A stretch of 64,000 nt of DNA from Antedon mediterranea (Eukaryota > Animalia > Echinodermata): the NCBI RefSeq assembly GCF_964355755.1, contig NC_092673.1, positions 3,100,001 to 3,164,000 on the forward strand, given 5' to 3'. Made by a program: the position numbers and the translations under genes. A model generated the notes under the pieces. That model saw nothing but the letters and a program-made list of their open reading frames with translations. It was not told the origin of the DNA and ran no database searches. Shown here one piece after another: positions 30,083 through 45,060 of this stretch; position 1 is the stretch's first letter; the number at the start of each line of letters is the position of its first letter.

Positions 30083-30832
30083 TTAGCAATTGAATGATTG
30101 CAGAGAATGATTAGTGAAGTGAACAAGGACCTCAGAATTACAAAGTTGGCAATTGTACCAATAAACCGATAATCCTCATCGTGTTACTTTCACCTGCACG
30201 GTTCACTAAACTTAAATAACGTATGATATTTATAAATTCTGCTAGTTTTGATGATAATTTAACAAAATTACAAAAACATTTGATAGTATGAAAGATAGAC
30301 GAAGATTATAAGATCAAATACAAGGATACTAAAATCAAACATAGAAATAATTCCAGTTTCTTTATTGTGAATGTTTCGTGTCTCTTGAATTTTTATCTTA
30401 AATCCGATAGATATAGAAAGGTTTAGCATGACCAAATATGAGAATATAGAAACCATAATATTGTAAATAGAAAAAATATTATTTATATCAATAATGATGT
30501 AATATAAAGAAATACATACTAACTTGTTATTATAGAGTATAACTAAATATGAAAACAATGATAATCGTATTTGTTATTATTAAGAGTTTCTGTTTATCTG
30601 ACTTTGACTTTTATTTCTTTTACTTTGTGAATATTTCCTTGTTTATGTATTTCAGTACCAAGTTCAATAAAATGAATTTCCTGATAACATTTGCTTGAAA
30701 AAAGTCTGATAAATAATTTCTATACTAAAACAAAATGAGATAGAAAATGGTCTACTATTATGTATCTGCATGATTCATTGGTCCTGAAACTATAGTGTTT
30801 AAGAGGTTGTCAATTTATTTAATTTTAATAGT

Positions 30833-30895
30833 CTATTTCGTGCCTAGCTTACCTGGATAAACTGACAAATGCCATATTCTCTTCAAAGAGCAAGA
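30833..30895 (+). repeat. Dispersed repeat fragment (also near 15460-15510 and 47165-47190)
   Basis: Shared CTATTTCGTGCCTAGCTTACC.GATAAAC..ACA sequence. Confidence 0.6.
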
Positions 30896-31070
30896 TATAC
30901 TCAAGAAGTAGGAAATTCATTGAACACTGCTCTCTATAAATGGTACAGCCCTCAAGTGGAAGCATCCCCCCAAACCACCATCATCATAATAATGATTTTA
31001 TTAATTTATTTTTAAAAAATGGGACCTCCTGAGTCCAATCCTTATAATGTAAAGTGAAATTATGCGTGAA

Positions 31071-31127
31071 ATTTAGGCACATCACACTTTTGTGTCAAAC
31101 TAGTTTGATAGTGTAGACAGGACTTAA
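31071..31127 (-). mobile_element. CArG-MITE copy 11 (one arm)
   Basis: GGCACATCACACTTTTGTGTCAAACTAGTTTGATAGTGTAGACAG. Confidence 0.8.
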
Positions 31128-32636
31128 CAAAATGAGGCTGTGCTGTATCCAAGTGTCATGCCATCAGGCAACATAATTATTATGCATCCTATGAATAACA
31201 ATGCGTATTAACCTTAGAATACTAAAATTGTAGTTTTCCCCGAGTGAGAATTTCAAAGCCAGGCAAACACATTATTTACAGTCTAATTTTCATTTTCATT
31301 AGTTTTAACGACCTATACTCAATTATATTTCCGATCCTCTACATTTAATGTGACAAAAAAGATTAATGAAAAGCTAGTTCTTGTCACACACAGTTAAATT
31401 GGCAAAAGTTTAGTTTCCTAGGTGGCGGTAATAAATTAACTAAATTTAGAAATGCATTGACAATGTTGATATATTATTGGATTGATAGTTGTATTGAAAA
31501 AAAAAAGCATCTACATAATAAGATTGATGGATATTGTAAATTTTGAAAGGACCCATTTTGGGTTCTAGATCAGAGTTTTCTAGTTCGTAATGTAAATAAA
31601 ATATAGGTTTATGCGAGTATCCAAAAGCAATGCGTACTACTTTTGATATAAAAAAAGATCTTTTATATATCAAATGCTTAGTATAATTTATATATAGCAC
31701 AGTCTGAATTAAGTTCATGAGATCTGCAGTACAGTGTGTATTTTATACTATTAGAAAAAAATTATTTGGAAATTCGTAATCGGTACAAAATACAATACAG
31801 TCAACAAATCTTTGCAATTGAATTTTTTAGGTTTTTAATTCAGTGTATTTTGTTGTTTTTAATTGGCAAGTTTTTTTTCTGATTTTGAAAATGGGTTGGA
31901 AAAATAAGACTTGTCCCGTTTTCTATTGCGCTTATTTGGCCCTTTATTCATCTAAGTTTATCCAAGGAAGATTTGTATATAACCATTAGCCTATAGCCAT
32001 CACATGTTTTCATTACACACATAAGAAATTAAGTAATTTTACATAAGTTAAAGCAGATTAAAATCCCATTCATTTTGTTGGTTAAGATTAATATCTTTGA
32101 AAGGGTTGAGGGGTCAAAAGGTTAAAATAAGTTTTAATATCTTAACGCAAATTTCATAATGTGTAATTGAGTAAACCAGAAAAAGTGAAATAAACATTAA
32201 TTATTTAGAATTTTTATAAAATAAGAAATTATATTTAAATAATTTACTGTATAAAGTAAAATTTGTGCGGCATATTAATATTTAAAAGCTATGGAGTATT
32301 CTAAATTTAACATCTGATAATTGTATCATTTTTTTAGAATACATAATACATACTGTACTACAGTAGATCAGTCTTACATAAACTATAAATATAACTCATT
32401 GATTATACAGAAAAATACACTAGGTTGAAACTGCATGAATAATTAAGTAGATATGGTAAAATCAACTACTCCTACTTTTGACACAAAAATTCAATATACG
32501 AAAAATATGATATTGATGATTTTACATTCAATATGAAGCAAGAGATTAATTTCTTGATTTCCTATCTTACAATTATTACCAATATAATATTATAAATGAA
32601 TATTATATAATTTAATTATTATTACTTTACTTACAG

Positions 32637-32909
32637 GGCCACCACAAGTGAATGGACAAGTGAATCCTGATCAAAAAACAAGAGTGGGTCGGACAATCAA
32701 ATTAGAATGTCCCGCTATCGGATCGCCACCTCCGCTCATAATCTGGAAAAAAGGCGATGAGCGAATACGTAAAGATCGAGATCGCTATAAAATTAACAAA
32801 GATAGACTTAAAATAAAAGATATTCAGTTGGAAGATGCTGGCGAGTTTGTCTGCCAAGCAACGAATGGATTTGGTAGTGTTAACATCAAGTATACATTAA
32901 CTGTTACTG
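32637..32909 (+). CDS. FGFRL1: FGFRL1 exon, Ig domain 1
   Basis: ttacag|GGCCACCA to ACTG|gtaagt; GPPQV...IKLECPAIGSPPPLIIWKK...EDAGEFVCQATNGFGSVNIKYTLTV, an I-set Ig with the CxATNGFGS motif typical of FGFRL1 D1. Confidence 0.95.
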
Positions 32910-35900
32910 GTAAGTACTCCTTTTTTAAAGAATATAATAATAAAATGCTTTATTTAAACACGAAAACTTCGCTCAACTAGGAGTTGTTTTACTGCAAGGC
33001 CGTGTATAAAAAAGTTCACAAACAAAAACCTTAACTAGAATACATACAGTATATATACTATGAAATAACAAATAATATGAAAAGACAAAGGTTTTATGCT
33101 TAAACAAATAAATAAAATATATTTATTAATTAACTTTATACAGTATATACTTTTTTTCTTGTTACTTTAAAATGCATGTACAATAGTAACTGTTCCTACA
33201 ATTCAATTACATTATTTGCCAGTATCGATATTCGTTTGAAAAAATTAACAGTACAAATTTAGTATCACTTCAATGTCTTCGGGCAAACTACAATGATTAA
33301 TTTTGTTTGTGTCATGATGTGACCTTTCCGTTGTGACATCTACGACCTGACTATACTTCGGTCTCTCTCAATTGCTCTTTTATATGAATTATTTTCTACA
33401 CCGATCTTTTAAGTCTTAACTATAAAATCGTTTACTTAAAGTGAAAAGAAAATATTTAATCTGAATAAAAATCTTTTATGTCTATAGAGTATCCATGTTT
33501 AAAATAAAGAGGAAAACTTTGTCTTAATAAAATCATAATGAAAATAAAGCCCTAAAGTGTACAAAAGGATTTTTTTCAATTACGCGTATAATTCGTATAT
33601 ATTAACACCACCTGCTTGCAGATATACATGTAACGATTATTGGTGAATATGTCAGCAAAACTGGTTTGTAATTAATAATGTGTTTTAATTTATAGGTTTC
33701 TAAAAAAACAACATTGTAACATTAATGTTAATAAAATATTTAATTGCCTGGCATTAATAATAACGTTTACGTAAGAATAGTTTGAATTGACACCTTAGAC
33801 TATTGAGATTTGTGCAGAAGGTCACGATCTAAACTATTGTAAAGAACCCCACGCATCTATCATCGGTCCCCTTGGCTACTGATTTGTTTTCGTCGGTATT
33901 TATTTCTTTACTTGTCACAATTATGGGTCTTTAATGCTAATTTGTCACTTCCTAATATCGGGCATAAGGTGTAACATTCCCAGTTTATCATGTGTTTCGA
34001 TATCTGCTAGAAATATCAGCATATAACATTGAGCTTATTAAGGCAAGATTTATGGGCAAGTATGTCATTCATGACTCGTTAGGCCTCAGGGGGATAATAA
34101 GTCTTAAACGAAAGAAGCCTGAACAAGGCGTTAAACAAGAATAACATCTCCACTCTCAACTGTTGAAAAACTTAGCTGAATAAATTTAGCAGGTGGAATT
34201 GTGCAGCCAATTCGTTCAACTTCAGACTTAAGTATCCAATGATTGTGAACTTTAAACCGTTTGGAGGATAATTAAAGTCTGAAAAATAAACCACTTTTAG
34301 ATTCTCTTCCTGTGACTGTAGTGTAAGTGTTCAAGCATGTTTTAAGGCAAAACACAATACCATATTTGTTGACTTCATGGACTACCAACACCATTTAAAT
34401 ATCGCACATAAGATCAGTGGTTACTTATCGTACCACAACATTTACAAACAGTAATTAAATAAAGTTTATGCATTTTTTCATGTCTGTCACTTATTAATTT
34501 CATAAACATCAAAATTTAATTTAGATAATGTTGATTTTTCATATTGCATATGCTTTTGTGCTAAAACATTATGTGAAAATTCTGTCATAATTAGAATAGT
34601 ATATAATTGACATATATTATAGCAACTTAATCAATACACCCTAAAGGTAGGTCTTATTAACGAGGTGCTCACCATGAGAACTACTTGCCCTTTCTCGTTT
34701 CTGGCCTAGTTTTGTCACCTGAAATACAATATAGTACCATACAAATATCTTTTAGTTGCTAGCAATATTTCAATTACAATCAATCAAATTTATTTAATTA
34801 ATATCATTCTTTGACATTATTTGTCTATTTAAGTCAAGTATCTGTTAACAAAGAAAATTATTTCGCAGTTAGTCCTTATAACATCTGCATGCATTTTGAT
34901 GAGATTCTTTTCCCATATTTATTCCAACCATGGAAAAAAAAAACAGGTGTTCTCAGTGTAGATATTTCAATGATGATTTTAATATTTACCATAAATATTC
35001 AATTAATTTTTAATAATATCAATAATATTAATTTTATTTTAATAATATAACAATTAGAATAAATAAACTTTGCACTTTTGGTAAGACATCAACTATACAA
35101 AGATTTAGGCTTCCTAAGTAAATCCACGATATAATTTGTTAGGGAATATTAATTTATTTTATCCTTAATATACAACGCTACTATTATAAATACCGAATGG
35201 TATAATCAATGGTATAACTATATTCAGTTTCCTTATTCATCATTCAGGAAACTGGTGAGATGCATTCATGAGAAAATGTTGCATTTATTTGCTGCAAAAA
35301 CATCTGTCTTGATATAAACTCCCTTGCGTAAATTGTTTAAATCGCAAAAAAATGGAAAAATTGAGTAATTTAAAGTTGGACTATACCACTATAGTAACTA
35401 AGTATAGTTGTTTGTCACATCATTAATTTTAAATGACTATAAAGGACATAAGGTTAACTTATGGTTTATCAATTAAATGGATTGCAAAAGTAAAAACTGC
35501 GAAATACCAAAAGGTGAACATGTGAACATTTAAAGCTCCAGTCCCACTATTTGTTCTTCATTCTTCCAAAGGGACTTGTATTGATTGATGTCACTTCAAT
35601 TCAGGTGCAACAGAGATAGACCAATCAGATAATTTTACATCAATTCCTCAATATTAAGCCCACGGTGGGCTTATTACCCATGTCAGTAATTCACAGTGGC
35701 AAATGTTCAGAACGGTTCAAACTACGCTGAAATTTGTTATTGAAGCTCACGAGACTAAACTCTCTATCTACTTTCGATTATTTGTTATATCTATGAATAA
35801 ATATTTATAGAAACTCCAATTAATTATTCGTAAGGGGAAAGAATTTATATAAAGGTTTTGTATAATATTTGAAAATTATTCACAATGTTAGTTTCTGTCT

Positions 35901-36046
35901 ATTTATCTGATCTAAAGGGTTTATTGTCAGTTGTAATGTATAAATGTCAAAAGAAATCATGGTTAATTATGTATGTCAGTTGTGTACTATAACACAATTG
36001 CCTGACTTAGGAAAATATAATACAACGATGGTATGTTTGATGGCTC

Positions 36047-36059
36047 CCACTAGAGGGCG
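36047..36059 (+). promoter_or_regulatory. CTCF core-motif match
   Basis: CCACTAGAGGGCG matches CCACYAGRKGGC. Confidence 0.45.
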
Positions 36060-39000
36060 TGGATAATATCTTTATCCGATGAGGGTGCTTTTCTGTTTCT
36101 TTTTTTCGTAATGTTGTATTCATCTATTGTTGGTATATTGGTTCGTGTTATTTACCCTATAGTTTTTTAAAATAGTATAAACAGGGAGGTATAAAAACAA
36201 TTATTTTTGGTATATTACATTAAAATTCAATTCAAAATCTTTCAAATTCAATTTTCAAAAATTCAAAAAAAAAATGTATTAAATTAATTATTTCGACCTT
36301 CTGTTATAGTTAATTCAACTATAAAGAAAAATGTATTGAAAATGTTAATACTGTGAGATACTACAGTATGCTGCCATCGATAAAAAATGAACTTTAAGAT
36401 CAGATGAAATAATATAAATTTATAGTTTCGTTGAATTGAACGTGATAAATGTGTATGCAGTTACGCCGTTTTAGTATACTACTAAACGATTCTTTAAATG
36501 CCTCGTCGATAACGAATCCAGCATATTAAGAATATTCCAATTGTTTAATTGATCAGAATTGATTTTGAAGCTTATTGGAATTTGTTAAATGCAACATTAT
36601 CAGCATTTGTGAAACTCGTTAGAGGCAAAACCTAATCAGATTTAAGAGGACTTAATTAAATTCATTCTCATTACTGGTTTTCCTATAGTATTACAAATCT
36701 GAGATTAGTATACTGATGGAATGTGGTATTTAGTAGTAGATATTATTTTTAAGGGGTAGGGTTCGTACTACCGCACTTCTTTAAAGCCATATTAAATGAT
36801 AAAGATATTGATAATAACATAAATTGGTATTGTACATTTGTGATATCGCAATGTTTAATGGCACTGCAGCTTGGCATAATACTTCTATTCTCAATCTCTT
36901 TGGTTTTTGTGATTGTAGCGTTGTACTTATATGAAAAATAAAATGTAATTTTCCTATAACATAATTCGATATTGTTAAAATTAAATTATTAAATATTTTA
37001 TATCACAGGTTTATTTATCTAGGGAATAGGCTATAATACTGCATATAAATCTGATTCTTTCCCAATCTACAGCAGGTTTAAAATAGTGTAAATAAATATT
37101 AATGTAAAATTTAATTATATAAATGCTACTTAGTGAATTCATTATCTATATCCACTCTACTGTTGCTATGGTTTTGCTAAACATATCCTGTTAATCGTTT
37201 TGATTTGGCTAATTGGAATGAAAAGCAATCAAGAAAGTGATGCGAACCTCTTTGTATATTAAAAGCTAATCAATTTTCTGCTGCGTTGGTCGAGCAACCT
37301 GATCAAGCTGCGTGCTTATAAATTGGAGGAGGCTGTGCGCGAAAGATTGCGATTAATCCATACAATGTTACAATACTCGGATTCACATTTGAACACATTA
37401 GAAACTAGTATTAACTGTGTAATGTAAACAAAACATTTACTTTAATGAGCACATTTTGTAAGTGGTGTCTTCTGTGAACAATGCTAGTAATGTATTCTGG
37501 AAACATATTACCAGTACTTTTGGTATATAAGCATGGCTTAAACCATAGAGATAATATCTCTATGCTTAAACTCATTATAATGGTATAGCATATTTTATGT
37601 TTCATTCTCTGGTTGTTATAGATAGTGAAATATGCACAAATCTATTTGTGCTCAAATACTGGTATTGGTAACTTACTAATTCTATCATGAGTATATTCTT
37701 GAGCGCATTCTTAAGGTCTTATTGGTGGTGTAATCGTAAATGTCTGAGCACATGTTTTATATAGTGTTTGTATGTATGTAAATGTATAATCTTTTATGAT
37801 TGTAGCTCAGGTATTGTTTGAAAATATATAGGTTTACATCAATGATATATTAATGAATAAGCTATTTTTGTCAAGAAAGCCATTTTAACTTTAATATAGG
37901 TAGGCCTAATATAGGTAATTCATTCCATTTTTTGAGTACGATTATGAATTTAGGTTAAAGGTCATAACATTACATATGTAGGCTTACAAAATCTTATTCA
38001 ATAAAGCCCCTATGCAAATTGATGCTAAAATGGTATATATCTTAATAATAATAGATTTTTTGTTCTGTTTTATCAATAATGTTGAAAATGAAATAACGTC
38101 TGCAAGCCTGGCTAGCCGGAAGGATACAATGGCCTGCTCAGGCTCCCTTCTGTTGTGAACGATGTATTTTTATTTCACAATGAGTACCCCTTAAGTCGCT
38201 TTAATTCCCATAAAGGAAGGATATAAGGAGTGTATTGGGTCATAACTCTACCTTTAAATGAATATAGAAACAGGACTTATATTGCAGGACAGAGTTCCCA
38301 ACAGATTTGGTCTGATGTACAGTAATCAAACTGAAATGATTGGCAGCTGTCAATCAAAATATTGTGAAGGTCTCTGCTTTCTTTTCTTGAATAAACATAA
38401 CTTTATCTTTATACTTTGTTGGCCTCAGCAGGACTAATACCACCAAGTGTTGTGCCATATTTCATTTCCTCCTTCAATCATCAGTATATTTTATTTTACC
38501 TTGTTAAAATACTTAGTCTAATTTTGAACTAACATTGTATAAATAAATACAATATTATTGATGTGTTGTTATTATTGGAACTATGTCAATTTCGGATTGT
38601 GTCAATTATGATTGAAAATTGTTTAGAATAATTCTTCGAAGCTAAGTTATAATTAAGTGATAGTTAATAATCTATAGCTGATAAAAAGGCCTCTTTGAGT
38701 TAGCCTATTAATCATGTAGAACCTTTTCTTTTTTTCCTAGAACTCAATAGACCCACATCAACCTTGCAATACATCATGAGTGGTAGTTAATAAAAACAAA
38801 ATAACTTTTCCTCCCACATTAATAAATAGATTAGAAATTCTTAGTATAAACAGTCTATATTTATACTTTAATTCTAGTTTTCTTGTTTATTATTGTTCAC
38901 TTAAGTTGAGCTCTCAGATCTTTAGTAAAATCACTCGTCACTGGACGCATTTTCTTTATACTTATATGTGCCACTGTTTTTAAAAATTGCAAATAAATGA

Positions 39001-39071
39001 TTAGTTGTATTATTTCTGAAAGCAGGCATGTATCAGCATTAAATGTTATTTCCTATCTAGTACAACCTTAA

Positions 39072-39236
39072 AGCTTTGTTTACACCATCAAACTACTGTA
39101 ATTTGTCAAAAAAAGTGTGATGTACCCAAATATGATAGTTAAATGCCCAAATATGGTGGTGATGATATACAACATCATCACCCATATATGGGCATATCAC
39201 ATTTTGTTGTCACAGTTTGATAGTGTAGACAGAGCT
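39072..39236 (+). mobile_element. CArG-MITE copy 12
   Basis: Diverged full-length copy. Confidence 0.88.
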
Positions 39237-41410
39237 CTAAATTGATTATTATCACCTGGGTTCACACTATACACAGTATTTGAAATATAATCATACTTTT
39301 CAAATATTTAATCTAGATTCATGTTTAATACGCATTGATTTTCACAGAATATCTCACAATATCAACGCCAACAAATCAATAAGTCATATGGTTTGATTTT
39401 ATGTAATCTCTCCCCGCTAATTTCTTAATTCAATTAAATGTTGTTTATTTTATTACGTGTTAACATTATAGATTACTTATTGACAATTATATACTCCTTT
39501 GTGTGTTTAATTGAAATTTTAAAAAAGAGGCAATTTGTGGTTCCAGGAAAAAATAAGTACGGTAATTTGGGTCAACGCAAGAAAAGTAGAATAGAACCCA
39601 AAAATAGAACTGTACTATGATATAAGGCATCATATTAGAAAGAATGTATAATTTTGATATGATTTTACCAACAAAAAAAATGGTTGCTTAGCAAATCGAT
39701 ATTGGAAGATGTACACACAATAAATAGATTAGCAAACTAAAAATAGAAAACCAATAGAATTTGAGTAGTTTTGGGTTAATATGTTTCCACAAATGAAAGT
39801 ACAGTTTTACGAATCTAGAATAAGTATTCCCCTAAGCTCCTTCTTGATAATGATAGTAATCATAACTAGATCCATTGGCAAAGTAAGTTAACCATCTTGT
39901 GAAACTATACAACATACTAATCATGTGTAATCATTGTTTTTCACTTAAACTATGTGCTATCTGGAGTAAGACAAATTAACTTGGCTAATATCAAACCGAT
40001 TCACACAGAACAAAGACAATGCTAACGCTGCTGCCCCAGTTCCATGATGCAAAAATAAAAAAAAAACATAGTTTATTATATAGGTGGATGTTCTTTATAC
40101 GCTGATGACTTCGACATGAATCGCTAATATTTTATTATTCAAGATAACAATGTATTAAAAGACTCGTTGACGTTACGACTGTCATATTCGAACGTGACCT
40201 TACTATAATAGCCGAGTACTTGCAGCCTGGCTCGGTTCTTTTGATTTCTAACGTAAAACTGCCAATTTGTAACAAATGTATGGCCAAGGGGATTGTCTTC
40301 TTTGTTTTCGATTTACCTCTCATGGGGTATGTAATTAAAATGAGATGTTGTTTCTCTGTCTCCGGCAATAATTTACCAAGAATATGAATTTACATTTTCA
40401 ATGTTCAAATCCATTCTATAATAAAACATCATCAGAGGTTCGGCAGATAAATATTGAAAATGATTGATATTTTACGAAGTAGTAAAAGTAACCGTGGTCA
40501 TCAAAGATGTATTCTGCCTTCTGTTGTCAAATCAAAAGAAATAAAAATTTAATTAGAACTAAAATTGGTCGTTTAAAAGTTTGAGAAATGAAAAGCAAAA
40601 AGACAACCAGATTGTTATTAGAGTTCACTTTGTTTAATATTTTAAAATCTTTTTTTTTGTAATTTATAGACTTACTGGCTGTATATTAGCTTGAAGCAAC
40701 ATTTCTGTAAGACATAAATGTATTTTACTAATTGGTCTGTTAATAGGAAAAAGGAGTGTTATTTAGACTTTTTTTGTTACTGATTCAGTATTAAGTTCAT
40801 TTCAAAAGTTCAGTTGAAGACGACCTACATCTTTATGTGATGTACTAAAACAAATTTCTTTTAATCTATATAGTTAAAGTAGAACTTTAATTTTAATTTT
40901 TCCTTGTATAAATGTAATTAAAGTTCGATATTTCATGTTTTAGCAAAAACATTAAGAGTGTTTTTTTCAATTAAAGTTTGATATTTACATGTTTTAGCAA
41001 AAACATTAAGAGTGTTTCTTTTAAAAAAAATGATTTGACATCTATTTTATATAGAAATCTTATTTTTTATTTCATAGTTTTAGCAGAAAATGAAAACTAT
41101 TTTATTTGAAAGAACTTTCTTAAAGCCACTCGCTACAGTACATTATTCTGAGATGTAATAGATTTTTTTGAAAAAAACATTTTGCAATTCAATTGCTATA
41201 TTTCAATGTAGTGGATTTTATCAGGCAATAAAATTAATTGGGAAGCCTGACACAAGAAGATCATATATGGAAGTTTTTAAAAATTTGCTATAAAATAAAA
41301 TTTGTATTATTATTTTGTTGAGATTTATAAATAATTTCAAATACATAACTATCACAGTATTGCTTTAAATCAACCAGGGAAAATATTTTTTTCCTTACAT
41401 CAAACATGCA

Positions 41411-41539
41411 CTACACTATCAACATTTATGTGACAAAAAATGTGATGTGCCTATATATGGACATAATTGGGCATATCAATACCATATTTAGGCACATCAC
41501 ACTTTTTTGTCAAACTAGTTTGATAGTGTAGACAGAGCT
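41411..41539 (-). mobile_element. CArG-MITE copy 13
   Basis: Right TIR intact; core partly deleted. Confidence 0.88.
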
Positions 41540-43646
41540 TTAGATTCTAATTACAGTTTATTTCAACAATCGTACAATAATATTTCATTTGATTTCTAAG
41601 CATCATTATACGTTAACTTTATAATAACTTTAAATAATTCAAACTGACTTTTGAACAATAATTATTTTTCAATTTTCATAATAAGATTCATTCTGAGAAT
41701 TATTTATACCAAGCTTACGTATATCTGTCATTTGTTTTGTACACTATAAACATTCATCAACAAAGTAGTGCTACAGTCAAAGGATGTTTACCTTAGGGAA
41801 TCTAAAAGGGAAACGTCAAGACACCCTGAAAAGTAAGACATCATTCAACAGTTATTGCTATGAGCATGACAAAGCATAGCTCGCAATTGGCACACCGACA
41901 AAGAATGTGACCCGCGACCTTAATAAATGGTGCAACACGTCCCTGGTGGCTTGCTGTTCACACTTGTGTACATTTGAACATGTGTAGCAGCAAATTGAAG
42001 TTGACGACTCGAGGTATATTTAGGATGGCAAGTCAATTTTTTTGAAGTTTTGAAGGAACATGACAGTTTTGTTTAATGCTACAGTATATTAAATTCTTGG
42101 TTATGTCTGGTTGTAAATTCACAGCAATTTGATTATGTTTGAAGGATTTGTTAGTTGTAAAGTTGTAAATCATTATATATATTAATACTTGTACAATATT
42201 TGATTGAAAGAGATTCCTCAAAAGAAAAAATATATTTCTAAGAAATATAATAATAATCGTGTCATTAAGGTTTTAAATATTTGATCGTGATATATATATA
42301 ATATTCAGATCCTTGATGAATAAGGTATTTGGAGTATTGAGTGTACACTTTGGGGACCAAACAAAGTGTCTCCTTAGGAGAAAAGGGAAGGGGTTATTTT
42401 ATATATTTATTTATTTATTTACATAACACACTTTTACAAAAAGTACAACGATAATAACAATTTAAAACATATATATTAAAATTTAAAAAAAAACCTTCTG
42501 TACAGGCCTACAAAATGTAATAACCAGAATAATATTATAAAGTTTTAAATAAAGAGATAGACTTCGAGAATTATTTTGAATCCGATAACTTGCTTGGGTA
42601 TGAAGAGACAGACCATTAGATTTATTATTGCTAGATTATTAAAAAGATTAACAATTTACTATATTTTTTGATTATCGTTTGTGTCTAGACAATTAATTAT
42701 TTTGTTTTGATAAAGTATGATAAATTAGAGACAGTATAGCGTATGTTTACAAGCTCTTTTATATTACGGAGTTAAAATACAGTCATCGCATACAGTGCCT
42801 CTGAGGTTCGTCAGAGTTTAACAACACCGAGGAGGAGGTATAAGAGAGTTACCGTACTGATCACACAAGCATGTTGCTTGTAACTCGGATATGATTCGGA
42901 TCGTCTTAAGTCTACTTAACTACGGTACATGTTTGAACATAGCTTTTGCGATTGAGAAGAAGTTGATTCAGTAAAGAAGCTTGATGCATTTAGTGATGCA
43001 AGTTAAACTCTGAAAATAAACTATAAAATTGTAAAAATAGAGAGTAGAATAGTGTTTATCTTCAGGCATTTATCTTACAAATTTAGACCAAAATGTCTAT
43101 AATTTCAATGTCTGCCGCACTATCAAAATCTCAAATTGCACCACTTCTAAATCGGTTCCGACAAAGGATAAACTCTAGAAATACTGGCACCACATCTAGT
43201 TTCTGAAGAATTGAAGCCAATCAAATGAACCGTATGGCGACAAAAACAGTAACTCACTCAACCGGAACTTATTATGTATTGGGTTTTTATCTAGTGTAGT
43301 CTTGCAAGAAGGGTGAATAAAACAGATGCATAGGGTTACTTCACCATGATTAATTACATCTTTAGACATTTTGTTAAAGTCAATTCGTCGGTTTAAATAT
43401 TCTTCTATGGAAATCAAGTGAACGTGTTTGTGATTGTGGCTTGAAAACGTGTACAAGGACAGTAATTCACAAACACAAAAGAGTTTGTTGTTTTCACTGT
43501 GATTTTGAACAACTCAAACAAAGTGAAACATGTTACGACGACGTTCATTATGATCTCATTCGTAAAGAGCCAACTTTTTTTGGTTCCTTAAAGTCTTGTA
43601 ACAAAATATTGAATGTGATAGGCCTACTATTGAAAGCATAAAGCTA

Positions 43647-43707
43647 TAAATCCCGAAATGCATTGCGCGCGGATTGAAATCCCGAAATGCATTGCGCGCG
43701 GATTGAT
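43647..43707. repeat. About 30-bp tandem duplication
   Basis: AAATCCCGAAATGCATTGCGCGCGGATTG x2. Confidence 0.9.
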
Positions 43708-44720
43708 ATTTCTGTTTTTCTTCTGTAATTCACCCACTTTTCGATCGATCGTGAGGCCAAAACAAATGGAAGACTCCTAACTTTTCAGCGAAAATACCGG
43801 GTTTTCCCCAATTTGTATCAACGGACGGAGTCTGGCAAAAATAAAGTAATATATATGTATTATTTTTACAAAACGTCACAAATTGTAGGGAAGGTGTATT
43901 TAACAGTAGATTGAAAATTGAATTATACTTGAATTGAAAAAAATTACATCTTAGCTAAGTTATAAATTGTTCTAAACCGACACAGCACTTAAAACAAAAT
44001 CTAACATTAGCCAAATACAAACACAATTTTAAGATGAATTTTGTAAAGATGGAAAGTTGTTATTGCTGTTCTTGAGAGTGCAAAGCCTTCGTTTTACGTG
44101 AAATGCCACACTAGGGAAATGATTTGGCCATTAATAGAACCAGTTGAAGAAAAGTAAGATATAACATTTTCAATATTTTATACAACATCTATCGACATTA
44201 TAATATAATTATTGCGATTACATCATTAAATTATCTTTTTTTTCTCTTTAAAATCAAATTTTGCTTAATTTTCAACTCTAAATTGTTTAATAAAGATTAT
44301 TAATTAATATACTTGATAATTGCTATTTTATTACAGACAACAGTGATATTCATTTTATTTTTTTATAAAATAATTCATGGAATATTTGACTTTAAAACTA
44401 ATCCCCTTTTACTGATCAGTAGTTATGGTGGTTTTTTTTTTCAAAATTATTGTGGAAAAGCCAATTGATAACTTTTTGGATAGTAATAAAAATATTTAAT
44501 ACATTTTAAAATTTAAGTACTGTACAATATGTGTATCGAACACAAAGCATAAAAGTTAAGAACATACTTTGGACCATTTACCATCAATATTTAAGAGCAT
44601 AATCAGTCCTTTGTGGAGCACCGCAACTTATACCCTCAGAAACCACAAGAACATCTAGAAATTGAACTATTGACTTTCAGATACCCTTAAGATTGCATAA
44701 TGGGCTCACATTATTACTAA

Positions 44721-45060
44721 GGGCCTATTCAGACCTACGGAGTTATGCTTTCATATTGTACGCGGCGTACAACTCCATAGGTCTGAACCAGGAAAAAATT
44801 AGTGGAAGCCACCTCGTACGACACTACTACTCTTTCGTTCGTTATGACAGCTCAAGGTATAGGCCTAAGATTAGTGGACGCCACTTACAATACGAAAGTC
44901 ATGCATCAACAATTTTACTCCTGCATACCAGATGTTCTCACCCAAATCGGTGACAATTAGTTTGCAACGACAAATCTGAACACTTTGCTGTTACAATGCT
45001 ATTATAATATAACATTGCTGGCGATACGAAAGCATAACTCCAATGGATTTGAACATACCC
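44721..45060. mobile_element. About 340-bp non-autonomous TIR element (Harbinger-like GGG...CCC ends)
   Basis: GGGCCTATTCAGACCTACGGAGTTATGCTTTC versus GAAAGCATAACTCCAATGGATTTGAACATACCC; TAA/TTA flanks. Confidence 0.7.
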
